Below, piece after piece: positions 49,172-60,340 of a stretch of 64,000 bases of DNA (its first letter is position 1; every line of letters starts with the position of its first letter). The notes beneath the pieces were generated by a model. It searched no databases and was not told the origin of the DNA. It worked only from the letters and a program-made list of their open reading frames with translations. Source of the stretch: a virus; the IMG/VR virus record IMGVR_UViG_3300028534_000028, positions 1,124 to 65,123 of that record; one strand, 5' to 3'. The position numbers were made by a program, and so were the translations under genes.

Positions 49172-52100
49172 TTATAAATTTTGTAAAATAAATGCATCGT
49201 CAAATGCATCCGCGCTTCCAAATTTTGGATGAGTCGCTTTATATAAAGTTTCATTAATTGCTTGTACTAAATCATCTTTATTTTCTGTATCTAAATCATC
49301 TAAATCTCCAATTTGATCTTGAAGATTTCTAGTATTGTCGAATACAACCGTATCTAAAGTTATTAAACTATTTTTAACAGACATTTGATCAATATAATTA
49401 CTACCATCGATAATTAATTCATTATTATCTTCTAATCCAATACTTACCCGCATTTGATTATCATTGAGAATTCTATCTTGAATTTCGTTATTTAAATTTT
49501 CATTTAAATCTTTAATATCTTTGGTATTTACATCAATATCCGCTCTATTAGAACTAATTTGATCTTGAAGCAATTTTTGAACGGTATCTATTTTAAGATT
49601 TAATGCCTTAACATCGCCGATTCTTTTTTGAATTTCAATATTTAAATCATTAGTTAATTTTTCAATATCTTTAATTCTATCTTCGTTATTAGCATATATA
49701 ACTTCGTCTAATCTATCTAAACAACTATAAACACTTTCGTTTGTACTTAGGTAATGGGAATTAATCATTGTTACAAATTCGCCAAGATCTGTTAATCCAG
49801 TACCTTTAATAATGTTATTTTGAACTTTTAATAAGTCGCTATCCACTTGGTTAATATAAGCTACAACTTCTTCAACTGAATTTAAATCTACCGAACTATC
49901 TTTTAGAATATCTTCCACTATTGATCTTAAATCTTGAACTTGAGTTTGAAGATTCGCTTCATCGTTATTAAGAGATAATAATATATTTTGGAAATCTTGA
50001 ACTTTAGTATCGATAATTACAGATTTATCTGTTAAGTCTTTACTTAAATTAGCAAATTCTTGTTCTAAAGTACTTGTTTTATCATTAACTATTTCTGTAG
50101 TACTTGCTAAAATATCAGCCGTCTGATTATTACTAGTAATAATCAATTCGTTCAATTTTGAGGTAGTATTATCAATATCATTTGCATTCGTTATTATGCT
50201 AGATTCAAGTTTAGTGTATTCTACGGTACGCGTTTCAACTTCTTTGGATAATTGATAATTAGTATCTTTTAAATTAAGATCCAATGTATCTACTATATTT
50301 TTAAAGTCTCCAATTTTAGTATTGACCATATCAATAATATCATTAGTAATATCTTTTACTAATTTGGTATTTTCATCAATACTTAAATCGGTATCGGAAC
50401 GCACTTGAATAATTTTAGCTTCTAGATCAAGTTCTTTTGTCTGAGCTCTATTAGATTCTTGAAGTACCACTGTGCTAATTCTTGAATCAATAGTATTTAA
50501 TAAACTTTGAGTATCAAATGCGTCGAGACTTAATCCATCGCCATCCGTACCTGTATAAGAAATTCCCGTAATATTTCCATTTTCGATATCATTTTTAATT
50601 TCATCATAAACATCTTGTTGAATTTCTAGTAATTTATTTAATGATGCTTGAACAGCTACACTTAAATTATCATAATCTGTTACGCCATCTCCAAGAATTT
50701 CTTGAAATGCATTTACACGATCATTAATATTTTTAGTAAATGTATTAATTTCGTTAGTATTAGTATTAATAAATGTATTAATAGTATTTAACATCGAATC
50801 GGTTATGAATGTTCTATTGGTAATTTCTTTATTTAAAGCGTTGTTTAAAGTTAGAATTTTATCTAAAGTTGCACTAGCATTTAAATCAATATTACCTTGA
50901 AGTTCTTTTCTTAAATCAAGAATATCATTTTGACGAGCTTCAGTTTCTCTAATTAATTTAAGATTTAAATTATTATCTTCTGTAACTCTAAATGTTTTCT
51001 CACTTTGTAATGAAGTATCTATATAATTTTTAATACTATCATAAAAGCCCTGTCTAGCGGTTAATTCATTCTCTAATTTAGAAGTTAAAGTATCTATTTC
51101 TAAATTTGTATTAAATTCAGAATTTTGAATACTTGCTAATAAATCATTTTTAAGAGTGTTAAATTTATTAGTATAATCTTCAGTCATTGAAGTAATTAAA
51201 CCAAGTGCTTCTTGTTTAATATTTAAAATTTCTTCTTCAATATAATCTTTATTAAGATCCATATCCGCGTTAACATTGGCAATTTTAAAATTAATATCAT
51301 CTTTAATATTTCTAATAATATCTGTATTTGGATCAATACTATTTAGAACATCCACTATTTTTTGAAATTCCTCCGTATCTACTAAAGAACCATCTAATAT
51401 ACTTTCAACTCTAGAACTTAAATTATCAATTCTAGTATTTGTAGTACCGTCATTATTATCAACCTTAGTTTCTAATAAATCGATATTATTTTGTAATTTT
51501 TCATCTTGTACTTGTCTATAGACAGCTTCTTGATTAACTAAAGTTTTTACTTCATTGATAGTATTATTAATTTTTGTACCAGTATCATCAATTCTTAAAT
51601 TAATATTATCTATTTTAGCATTTTGATCCGTTAATTCATTCTGTACGAATACTTCTGAATCTTTATTATCAGTTTCTATTTTATAAATAGCTTCCTGGAT
51701 ATTTTTATCGCAGATTGCATACTTTTCTTCAACTGAAACCATAATAGCATCGAAATCAGTTCTAAGACTATTAATATAATATTTTCTATCTTTTACTTCA
51801 GTAAGTAAATCTGTATTAACTGCTTCTATTAGAGCTCTAATATTAACAAAATCATCGTTAAGTGATTTAATAATTAAATCAGTTTGTGCATTGTTATCGT
51901 TAATTGTATCAATAACCACTTCTTTAAAATTAGAATTTTCTTGAGCAACTTCTACTTTATTAGCTTCGAAATCCTGTACTAATCCTTTAAAGTCAGCAAT
52001 TCTTTTGCGAATTTCGTTATTTAATTGGATACGAATAAGATTATCTTCTCCAGCTCTAGCATTCATTTCATTGCTAATTAAGGTATGTAACTCATCGATA

Positions 52101-55100
52101 TTATCATATACCGTTTTGCTAAAATTAAGTAAATTTGCATCATTGCTAAAATCAGTACTATTAATTAAATCGACTATTTCTCTAAAAGAATTTAAATCGT
52201 CTGTACTACCATCAAAAATACCATTAACTGTTTGAGTTAAAGAATCTACTTGTACCTGGAGTTTAGCATCTTCTGAAGTTCTTTCGGTTCTTTCAGTATC
52301 TAAATCTTTAGTAAAGTTTACGGTCATATTATAATTGGTAGTAATTCTTTCGCTTAAATCGCCGTCGGCTTGTAATCTTTCATTACTTTCTTTATTAAGA
52401 GAATTTCTTAGATCTTGAACTGCTGTTGCTCTAGTACTAGTTTCTTGGCTTAACGATGTTCTTATATCTTTAACATCATTAATACGAGTTTGAATTTCTG
52501 TATTGAGCGTATTTGTAGTATTGGTATTCCAAGTATTTTGCCTAATTTCATTGTCCGAAACCACTTTAGCTAAATCATTAACCGAATTCGTGCGATCTTG
52601 AATTTCTTGATTAAGAATAGTTTTAATACCATCTGTATCTGCAATTCTATCAGAAATTTCTTTATTAATTTTAAGATCTAAATTAGTATCTGCTTCTTTA
52701 AAAGTTGCTTCAGCTGCATTAATTCTAGTTGTAAATTTAGTATCCGTTTGAATCATTGCATCTTTTACTTCTTTAAATGAATCTAAACTTGCATCTGAAT
52801 CAGCCATAATTTTAGAAATATCATTTGCGTTTTTATTAGCAAGTGCTTCTAATTCAATGTCCTTAGTAACCGATCTGTTAATTTCGTCATTAATAATAGT
52901 TTCTAAAATACTATCCTGAGCTTTTCTATCCGTAGTTTCATTCGTAATAAGGGTAAGATTACTTCTATAATCATCTTCTTGTTTTGTACTAAGATCACTG
53001 ATAGTTTTAGTAAAATTATCTTTAGTTGTTTGAACCGAATCTTCCAAATCATTTAGTTCATTTTGTAAATTATTTACTTGAGTAGTTCTAGTATTAATTT
53101 CATTAATTAATTTATTATTTAAAAGAGCATCCCCATTTTCTCTATCAACTATTTCAGAATCGATTCTAGCATTTACATCGGAATCTAATTGTTGGATAGT
53201 ATTTGTATTATCCGTAATTTTTCCATCTAGAATTTTATCTTGGGAAATTCTATTCTGAGTTTCAGTTTCTAAATTACTAATATTATTATTAAGTCTTTGA
53301 CTTAATTCATCGGTAGTAATTTTAATAGTGCTTGCTAATGTATTATTGTCATTTTCGGCTTTGATAATACTATCTGTAATTTTTTGACTTAATTCATTGT
53401 CGCCATCTTGAATTTTAGAATAAATAATATTTAAGTTATTATTATCTTTTGAATAATTACCAAAAAATAAATCTATAAGTTTATTAATATCAGATATATC
53501 TTGTACCATTGTATCGTGTTCCGAAGCATTAGTATTTTCAAAATCTTTTACATAATCCATAGTATTATCAATATTAATCTGAAGTTCTGCTTTAGATTCA
53601 GCAATAAGATTTAATAATTCATTTGCTTTAGTATCGATTTTTAAATTAGTATTATCAATTAATTCTATAACATGATCTAGATTATCTTGAACTGTTTGAG
53701 ATAAAGTATCTATTCTATTTTCTTGAATTTTTAGTAAATCGTTAAAAATAATTTTTTGATTCTCTATAGCAGTATTAACTTCTTGAATAGCATTTAATCT
53801 ATCTTTAACTTCTTGAGTAATTAAAGCAGTTACCTTTTCAATACTTTCAATTCGTAATAAACTTTCATTTTGAATACTTTCATTAAGTAAATCATCGGCT
53901 TCTAATCTAAATTCAGTTTCTTTATTAATGGCTTCTAAAATATCTTCTTTGAAATCTTTAATATCTTGAATAAGACCTGTAAACATATTTTCTTTTTCAC
54001 CAGAAAGTTGATTTACATAGTCAAGAATTTCTTTTAATGAATCAAAAGCTTCTGTACTTCCATCAAGAACTGATGATAACTTATCAGTTTGAATGGTAAT
54101 TTGATTTTGAAGATCTTGTGCTTGAGCAATCCGAGTATCAATTTCTTGCACTAATTTATCATCTAAATTTTTAATAGCTAGAGAACGAGCTTCATATTCT
54201 TCATTAATACTAGTATTAAGTTCTTGTTGTACAGTATCAAAAGTATCTTTAACTGTATTAATTAAAGTAGTATTTGCGTTAATATCTTGAGTAAGAGTAT
54301 TAAAAGTAATATCCATATTGGCTTGAAATTCATTATCTTTTGCTTTTAAATCTTCTGCCAAAATTTTTAACCCGTTAGCAGCTTTTAAAGCGTTATCAAC
54401 TATTAAACCATAATTAGTATCTACTTTATTTTCTACTAAATTAATTTTATCTTCTTTAACTTGTAATCCAGCTAAAAAATCTTTATTAAGATTATCTACT
54501 ATAGTTCTTATATTTTGATCATTTAAAGCAATCGTGTTTTTAACTTCTTTGTAACCAGTTTCAAGAACCGTTACTCTTAAATCCAATAAATTACATCCAA
54601 CTACTAATTTGGTATTAATAGCATTTAATTCTGATTCAAGAGTATTAAAATTTTCTAAAATTTTATTATTTAATGATTCTAAATTAATTTCTGCTATATT
54701 TACTCCAGCGGTTATATCTAAAATTTCCGCTTCAAGTCTATTTACATAACCCCGAACATTATCGATTCCAATTTCGCTTAAAGTTAAAGCAGAATTAGCA
54801 GTATTAATAGCGTCTTGAACTTGGTTAGTAATAATTAAATTTTTATCATTAACATCTTTAAGTACCAAGGCTTTATTATCCAACATAAGAGAATTTAAAT
54901 TATTAATAGCGTTCATATTTGAAACTATACTATTTTGAACTGTCTTTAGTTGATCCGCAATTGCTTCCGTAGTTAAAGTGGTGCATCCACTATCATTTAA
55001 TTCAGATTCTAAATTAATAATACGAGTTTCTAATTGGGATAAATTAACATTAACTGTATATAATTTATCATTCATTGTAGTAGTACGTTCATCAAAATTA

Positions 55101-56362
55101 ACAATTAAATTATCATAATTTTCTTTATTTGCTTGAACCGCGTTATCAATTCTCGCAAGTAGATCATTTTTAAGATTATCCATCTTAGTACTATTTTTAG
55201 TAATCTGTCCATAAATATCAGCAAATGATTTAATATTTTTAATATTATTTTCTTCTAATGTTAGAATTGCCGCATCAATACGATCATTTAAATCAGAAAA
55301 GTTTTTAGAATAATCAATAGCTTGCAAATCTTTTGAAAATTGATTTACAAAATTATTTATTTTAATTTCTAATGCATTGTCGCTGTTAATACGATTCTTA
55401 GATTCGGTTTCAACCATATTAAAGGTTTTAGTATAATTATCATTAATTAATTTAATTACGTCTGCAAATTTACTATTTATTTCTTGTTCTTTAATATTAA
55501 AAATAGAAATAAAATCATCTAAATCCGTTCTAAGACCTTGTAAAGTTTCGTCAACTTTTGTCTCAATTTTGGTTAAATCTTCAGTTAATATTTTAACATC
55601 TAATTTACGTTCGGTTAATTCATTAATTATTTTTTCTTCATTTGCTTTAATTAATGTATTAATACCTTCTAAAGTAATATCGATATTTACTTTAAGTTTA
55701 GCGAAGTAATTGCTAAGAGTAGTAATTTCTTCCGCCGTATTTTTATTCTCAATACTTAAAGCATTAATAAGATTTAAATTTTCATCGGTTCCAAGATTAG
55801 TAATTTCAGATATGATATTTAATTTAGTTTCTAAATCTGCTTTATTGATTACTAAATAAGATAATTTAGTTTCATGAAGCATTAAATCAGCTTTTATATC
55901 ATTAATAACATTCATTAATTGAGTATAAGAACTATTAATTTTTATTTCAGAAGCTGTTTTTACATTACTGAGATTCGTTTCTACCGAAACAATACTAGCT
56001 TTTTTATTAAGCTGTTCCTGTAAATCAGTATTTACGTTTTCAATTTTAGAATCAATTAATTGTAAATTACTATCTGCTAGTTTTCTATCATTTTCAATTA
56101 CTGTTCTTAAATCATTTTGATCATTTTCAATTAATGCTTTATTAATAATATTAATACTATTTTGAATATTTGTAATAGTATTATCAAATTTAGTTCCTGT
56201 TTCTTGTAAAAGAAAACTTTGATTTTGCGTTTCATTTTCTAAAAATGCTATTTTAGTTTGAGCATTGTTTACTGAAGTAATACAATCATCTGGACAAGAT
56301 AATGTATTTTCCGTTATCAAGTTACAAAATTCATCGCATTGTTTGTCTGTAAGAGTAGCCAT
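49172..56362 (-). CDS. giant coiled-coil fibre protein
   Basis: 2396 aa; five G/D-S...DS(L/F)(K/R)E-type motifs; C-terminal IGDLDDLDTENKDDLVQAINE fibre motif. Confidence 0.75.
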   Translation of the reverse strand: MATLTDKQCDEFCNLITENTLSCPDDCITSVNNAQTKIAFLENETQNQSFLLQETGTKFDNTITNIQNSINIINKALIENDQNDLRTVIENDRKLADSNLQLIDSKIENVNTDLQEQLNKKASIVSVETNLSNVKTASEIKINSSYTQLMNVINDIKADLMLHETKLSYLVINKADLETKLNIISEITNLGTDENLNLINALSIENKNTAEEITTLSNYFAKLKVNIDITLEGINTLIKANEEKIINELTERKLDVKILTEDLTKIETKVDETLQGLRTDLDDFISIFNIKEQEINSKFADVIKLINDNYTKTFNMVETESKNRINSDNALEIKINNFVNQFSKDLQAIDYSKNFSDLNDRIDAAILTLEENNIKNIKSFADIYGQITKNSTKMDNLKNDLLARIDNAVQANKENYDNLIVNFDERTTTMNDKLYTVNVNLSQLETRIINLESELNDSGCTTLTTEAIADQLKTVQNSIVSNMNAINNLNSLMLDNKALVLKDVNDKNLIITNQVQDAINTANSALTLSEIGIDNVRGYVNRLEAEILDITAGVNIAEINLESLNNKILENFNTLESELNAINTKLVVGCNLLDLRVTVLETGYKEVKNTIALNDQNIRTIVDNLNKDFLAGLQVKEDKINLVENKVDTNYGLIVDNALKAANGLKILAEDLKAKDNEFQANMDITFNTLTQDINANTTLINTVKDTFDTVQQELNTSINEEYEARSLAIKNLDDKLVQEIDTRIAQAQDLQNQITIQTDKLSSVLDGSTEAFDSLKEILDYVNQLSGEKENMFTGLIQDIKDFKEDILEAINKETEFRLEADDLLNESIQNESLLRIESIEKVTALITQEVKDRLNAIQEVNTAIENQKIIFNDLLKIQENRIDTLSQTVQDNLDHVIELIDNTNLKIDTKANELLNLIAESKAELQINIDNTMDYVKDFENTNASEHDTMVQDISDINKLIDLFFGNYSKDNNNLNIIYSKIQDGDNELSQKITDSIIKAENDNNTLASTIKITTDELSQRLNNNISNLETETQNRISQDKILDGKITDNTNTIQQLDSDVNARIDSEIVDRENGDALLNNKLINEINTRTTQVNNLQNELNDLEDSVQTTKDNFTKTISDLSTKQEDDYRSNLTLITNETTDRKAQDSILETIINDEINRSVTKDIELEALANKNANDISKIMADSDASLDSFKEVKDAMIQTDTKFTTRINAAEATFKEADTNLDLKINKEISDRIADTDGIKTILNQEIQDRTNSVNDLAKVVSDNEIRQNTWNTNTTNTLNTEIQTRINDVKDIRTSLSQETSTRATAVQDLRNSLNKESNERLQADGDLSERITTNYNMTVNFTKDLDTERTERTSEDAKLQVQVDSLTQTVNGIFDGSTDDLNSFREIVDLINSTDFSNDANLLNFSKTVYDNIDELHTLISNEMNARAGEDNLIRIQLNNEIRKRIADFKGLVQDFEANKVEVAQENSNFKEVVIDTINDNNAQTDLIIKSLNDDFVNIRALIEAVNTDLLTEVKDRKYYINSLRTDFDAIMVSVEEKYAICDKNIQEAIYKIETDNKDSEVFVQNELTDQNAKIDNINLRIDDTGTKINNTINEVKTLVNQEAVYRQVQDEKLQNNIDLLETKVDNNDGTTNTRIDNLSSRVESILDGSLVDTEEFQKIVDVLNSIDPNTDIIRNIKDDINFKIANVNADMDLNKDYIEEEILNIKQEALGLITSMTEDYTNKFNTLKNDLLASIQNSEFNTNLEIDTLTSKLENELTARQGFYDSIKNYIDTSLQSEKTFRVTEDNNLNLKLIRETEARQNDILDLRKELQGNIDLNASATLDKILTLNNALNKEITNRTFITDSMLNTINTFINTNTNEINTFTKNINDRVNAFQEILGDGVTDYDNLSVAVQASLNKLLEIQQDVYDEIKNDIENGNITGISYTGTDGDGLSLDAFDTQSLLNTIDSRISTVVLQESNRAQTKELDLEAKIIQVRSDTDLSIDENTKLVKDITNDIIDMVNTKIGDFKNIVDTLDLNLKDTNYQLSKEVETRTVEYTKLESSIITNANDIDNTTSKLNELIITSNNQTADILASTTEIVNDKTSTLEQEFANLSKDLTDKSVIIDTKVQDFQNILLSLNNDEANLQTQVQDLRSIVEDILKDSSVDLNSVEEVVAYINQVDSDLLKVQNNIIKGTGLTDLGEFVTMINSHYLSTNESVYSCLDRLDEVIYANNEDRIKDIEKLTNDLNIEIQKRIGDVKALNLKIDTVQKLLQDQISSNRADIDVNTKDIKDLNENLNNEIQDRILNDNQMRVSIGLEDNNELIIDGSNYIDQMSVKNSLITLDTVVFDNTRNLQDQIGDLDDLDTENKDDLVQAINETLYKATHPKFGSADAFDDAFILQNL

Positions 56363-56380
56363 ATTAATCCTTTATTTTAT

Positions 56381-56776
56381 TTAGCTTATTTTTAAAAACC
56401 CATTATCGTTCCAAACTTTATTTGGTTCGTTAGGTTCTGTCGTTGGAAATAATTTTCCAAAATTCTCACTTAATAAAAAATCTATATTTATTAATGAGTT
56501 GATATCTTCGAAATTATTTAACTATGAGGTAAGAATTCTTCCATTCTCGTAAATTTCTAAACCATTTTTTCTATTACTATCGTCTGATCCAACACCAATT
56601 TCAACCAAAGTATCTGATTTTCCATTATTATATTTTTTAATAGTGGTTGAACCATTATTTGTGACGATTGTTCCGATACCACCTGCATGAGATCCCTCGC
56701 AGTAAGCTATGGTTTTATAACATAGGTTGGTTAATTCATCAACCCATAAACTCTGAACTATTTTATTTTTAGCCAT
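56381..56776 (-). CDS. small fibre/adhesin-like protein with in-frame TAG at 56522-56524
   Basis: EGSHAGG...IGVG.D...R.NG.EIY.NG, then after TAG the frame stays open for 46 codons ending FPTTEPNEPNKVWNDNGFLKIS*. Confidence 0.7.
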
Positions 56777-56807
56777 ATAATCGCCTTAATTTTAATTATT
56801 CTTTTGT

Positions 56808-59267
56808 TTAAAATGTTATATTTATATTAATATTTTGTAAATCAAATTGAAAAAATGGTGGACAGAAATTTAATAAATCTTCAAAAGTCAATTGTTCTTT
56901 AATATTATAATAAATAGTATCCGAATCGTTTATTATAAATACAGATGGTTCAAGTACTTCTATATTTTTAATATATGGATAATCCGAATCAATATTATAT
57001 TTTGAATAAATGAGATTTTCTAATTCTGATTCAAAATATCTCATTTGAAATCCTCGCTTGGATTTAAAAAAGTTTATAACATCTATTTCCAAACTTAAAT
57101 TTAATTCGGTTAATGTTTTAAAAGTAGTACTTATATCAAAATAATTTTTATCTATATAAATATTTAATGTAATTTTTTTATTAAGACTCATATCGATATT
57201 ATTATTTTTCTTGTATACTGAAATATTATATTTTGGATCAAGTACCAAAGTATTATAAAAACATTGAAAAATTCTAGTATTAAAATTAACCAAGTTAGTT
57301 ATTTCTTGAACTTTAAAGAAATCGTTTAATAAGTTATATTGTGTCTGAAATTCCAAAGTACTAAATACTGTATCTACAAATGGTAATTTTAATAAAATAC
57401 CTGTTTCGTCATTTGAGTAAGGGTATAGTACTTCGGAAGCTTCTGCCAAAATATTTCTTAATTCATTATCTAAATATCCTAAAGATATATCAGATAAATC
57501 AACTATTTCTGGAATATAATTTTCAGAATTTTTTTGATAGTATTTAAAAGCTACTTGTTTGGGAATTAATTGATAAAGATCATCATTATTATAAAATTTA
57601 TTTAAAACATTATTATTACTATCCTGTACTTCTAATTTAATTTCATAATTTGGTTCTTTTAAAATACAATAATCGTCTGTAAACAATGAGTTTACTTCCC
57701 AAGTAAAATTATTAGCATAATCTAAAGTAAAAGCAAAATTATCAAAAGTAAAATTATATTTTAAATCATTCGAAGCACCTTGGTCAATTATAAAATAACT
57801 TTTATTAGTATTAAAATCATAATTTAAAGAAAATACTATATCTGTATCAACGGTATTTAAAACATCGGGTACTAATTCAATATATATTTTTGGATTAACT
57901 ATATACATTTCTGTTTCATTACTATTTAAAAATTTATAGTAAAATGGACTCACTAATTCTTTACCATTTATATTAATTTTTGGATAAAATGGATTGGTAG
58001 CAATAATAGATTCTTCTATATTTTGAGAATATGAATCAATTACTACACTATTATTTTGTATCATAGTTTCTAAAGTATTATATACGAATACAAAATTTTG
58101 ACCATTTAAAAATTTATTATCTATAAATGGACGTATACCATTATTTTCAAAATATATTTCGAAATCATTTACAGATGTTAAACTTTTTCTATACGATATT
58201 TTATTAAAAATATCTTGTTTTATCTCATCGGAATTTTGAATATTTTTACCATCTTTACCACCATCAATACTAATACCATTCAATGAATATTTAGTAAGAT
58301 CAGTTAAACCATTCTCATTTATAATAGTAGTTTCAACATCATTAAGCATAAAAGAAAGATTATTAAAATTCCCTTCTTCGCCAAGCGTTTCATCCACACA
58401 AATAATAATTTCATCATTTGTATTTAAATATCTACCAATTCTTCCATCGCCAGTTTCAAAAGAAACACTATTATCAAAAATATTCATAAATAAATCAAGA
58501 CTTAATCTATTACTTTTAAATTTAAAAAATTTATTTGAGAATTCATCCATACCAAAAGCTGTACTTACTTCATCTGGATCGTATTTTTCTAATAAATCCA
58601 TTTGAATTTTATCTTCTGTATTTGGATTATACCAAGTTCGGATACTTCTAATATTTTTATAAGTACTTACATTCGTATTAAATTTAAATGTATCTCCTAT
58701 TGGATAATAAGGGACTATTACTTTTTTCCAGTTTCTTTTTAATTGTAATACATTATCATAATGAATTAAAAATATATTTTGTCCAGGAGATAATGGGTCT
58801 GGAGCGATAGTTACCAATAATTGTACTTTAGTTGTTTTTGTATATTTGTAAGCAGTTACTTGAGAAGTACTTTGTATAATTTCTATTCTATCCATTATCA
58901 TAAAATTAACATTATTTTCATCAACGAACTCAAAATTTTCTGGTATATTATATATCATATTTTTAACATTTGCTATTGTTATTTCTGGAACAATAATACT
59001 AATATTAAATTTTGGTGGTTCCGCGAATTGCAATTGAGTATCATAAATACTACTATGAAATAACATACTGTTAAAATCCCTAGCTAAACTAGGATTCATT
59101 TCTCTAAATAAAGTATTGTAATAATTTGCCATATCGTATTTAATATTAGCTAAATAATCCGCAATTACTCCAAGAGCTCCTGATTTTAATAATACAGGAT
59201 TTGTAATATTTAATTGATCCTGTATTATATTTCTGAATTCGGTTTGCGTAAATTCTATTGATTGCAT
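56808..59267 (-). CDS. baseplate wedge-like protein (T4 gp6-like)
   Basis: 819 aa in structural block; GGKD...DEIK...RKSLTS.NDF pattern. Confidence 0.6.
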   Translation of the reverse strand: MQSIEFTQTEFRNIIQDQLNITNPVLLKSGALGVIADYLANIKYDMANYYNTLFREMNPSLARDFNSMLFHSSIYDTQLQFAEPPKFNISIIVPEITIANVKNMIYNIPENFEFVDENNVNFMIMDRIEIIQSTSQVTAYKYTKTTKVQLLVTIAPDPLSPGQNIFLIHYDNVLQLKRNWKKVIVPYYPIGDTFKFNTNVSTYKNIRSIRTWYNPNTEDKIQMDLLEKYDPDEVSTAFGMDEFSNKFFKFKSNRLSLDLFMNIFDNSVSFETGDGRIGRYLNTNDEIIICVDETLGEEGNFNNLSFMLNDVETTIINENGLTDLTKYSLNGISIDGGKDGKNIQNSDEIKQDIFNKISYRKSLTSVNDFEIYFENNGIRPFIDNKFLNGQNFVFVYNTLETMIQNNSVVIDSYSQNIEESIIATNPFYPKININGKELVSPFYYKFLNSNETEMYIVNPKIYIELVPDVLNTVDTDIVFSLNYDFNTNKSYFIIDQGASNDLKYNFTFDNFAFTLDYANNFTWEVNSLFTDDYCILKEPNYEIKLEVQDSNNNVLNKFYNNDDLYQLIPKQVAFKYYQKNSENYIPEIVDLSDISLGYLDNELRNILAEASEVLYPYSNDETGILLKLPFVDTVFSTLEFQTQYNLLNDFFKVQEITNLVNFNTRIFQCFYNTLVLDPKYNISVYKKNNNIDMSLNKKITLNIYIDKNYFDISTTFKTLTELNLSLEIDVINFFKSKRGFQMRYFESELENLIYSKYNIDSDYPYIKNIEVLEPSVFIINDSDTIYYNIKEQLTFEDLLNFCPPFFQFDLQNININITF

Positions 59268-59280
59268 TCGATTCCTTTAA

Positions 59281-60240
59281 TTAATTTTGTGTATAAGCGG
59301 ATGTATCATCCGAAGTATTCGAATAGTTTAAAAAGTCAAAAAATTTCTTTCCTAGCGTCGTTTCATTATTAGCTCCATTTGACACTTTTTGTAATTTATC
59401 CCATCCATCTATAAACATATATTGCATATCCATAAATTTAAAGTTTAGATTATAAGTTACTGCTTTCGGAGAGCCTCTATCACCGATTAAATTTTTTAAT
59501 TGAGTGTTCATCGGCATTACTCCAAACAAGGCTATAATTCCTCTAAGATCAACTCCTTTAGAATCTAAAAGAGCTATCCAAACAGTATTACAATATGGGT
59601 TATCTATTAAATAATCTTCTTGTATTAAATTCTCAAAGTAATCCGCTGCAGCGTCGGAAGAATAACTGAAAAATAAACCTTCCCGTATTAAATCTATACT
59701 TTTATTCCAAGCTTCCATGTATTTAAAAATTCCCAAATCTTTATTATCTATAAAATTCATATTAAAATCTGATCCAACATAATCTCTCGTATTAATAAAA
59801 GAATTTTTTTGTCTAGTACTAATTGCCATATATTCTTTGGTTGGTTCCGGTAAAGAAATATCAGTAATTGTTTGGCTAAATTTTAATAAGTTTGTAAATT
59901 TTTTTCCATATAATTCATAATTGTTTATACGAATGTCTGTTTTTTTATTATCCATTAAACTAATATAACCAGTTACTGCCGGCGGTATTCTATCATCTTT
60001 TACAGCATATTCGTGAAGCACTTTAAACCAAGTACCATGTTGCATAAAAACTGCATAATTACCACTTATAAATGGACTGAAAGTTGAATAATCTATACCA
60101 AACGTTTTGGTAAGACTTGTTAAAAAATTAAGTAGTTCGGTATTTTCAACACCCGAACCACCATCTTCCTTATCCGCTGATAATTGTGATTTTATATGGG
60201 CGGTTATCTGGTCTTTGAAAAATGTTTCTTCTGATGCCAT
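59281..60240 (-). CDS. tail tube/baseplate hub-like protein (gp19/48/54-like)
   Basis: DISLPE...F.MNFID...IFKYMEAW...GVMP; structural context. Confidence 0.5.
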   Translation of the reverse strand: MASEETFFKDQITAHIKSQLSADKEDGGSGVENTELLNFLTSLTKTFGIDYSTFSPFISGNYAVFMQHGTWFKVLHEYAVKDDRIPPAVTGYISLMDNKKTDIRINNYELYGKKFTNLLKFSQTITDISLPEPTKEYMAISTRQKNSFINTRDYVGSDFNMNFIDNKDLGIFKYMEAWNKSIDLIREGLFFSYSSDAAADYFENLIQEDYLIDNPYCNTVWIALLDSKGVDLRGIIALFGVMPMNTQLKNLIGDRGSPKAVTYNLNFKFMDMQYMFIDGWDKLQKVSNGANNETTLGKKFFDFLNYSNTSDDTSAYTQN

Positions 60241-60298
60241 TAATATTCCTTTAATTTTATATATTATTTTTGTTAAGTTATTTTAATTAGTCTTATAT

Positions 60299-60340
60299 TT
60301 TAACGACAGGAAAACGAAGAGGCTATTTCCTCTTCGTTTT
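60299..60340 (-). promoter_or_regulatory. hairpin + TCCTGTCGTTAAA element
   Basis: AAAACGAAGAGG-AAATAG-CCTCTTCGTTTT with the stop codon in the loop, continuing into TCCTGTCGTTAAA on the - strand. Confidence 0.65.

Noticed and set aside
426-59063. Antisense or alternate-frame ORFs in the track (e.g. 426-761, 10238-10519, 17806-18018, 22775-23053, 26346-26642, 44936-45274, 52005-52235, 58821-59063)
   Set aside because: They lie wholly within well-supported genes, lack SD sites and show shadow-ORF composition
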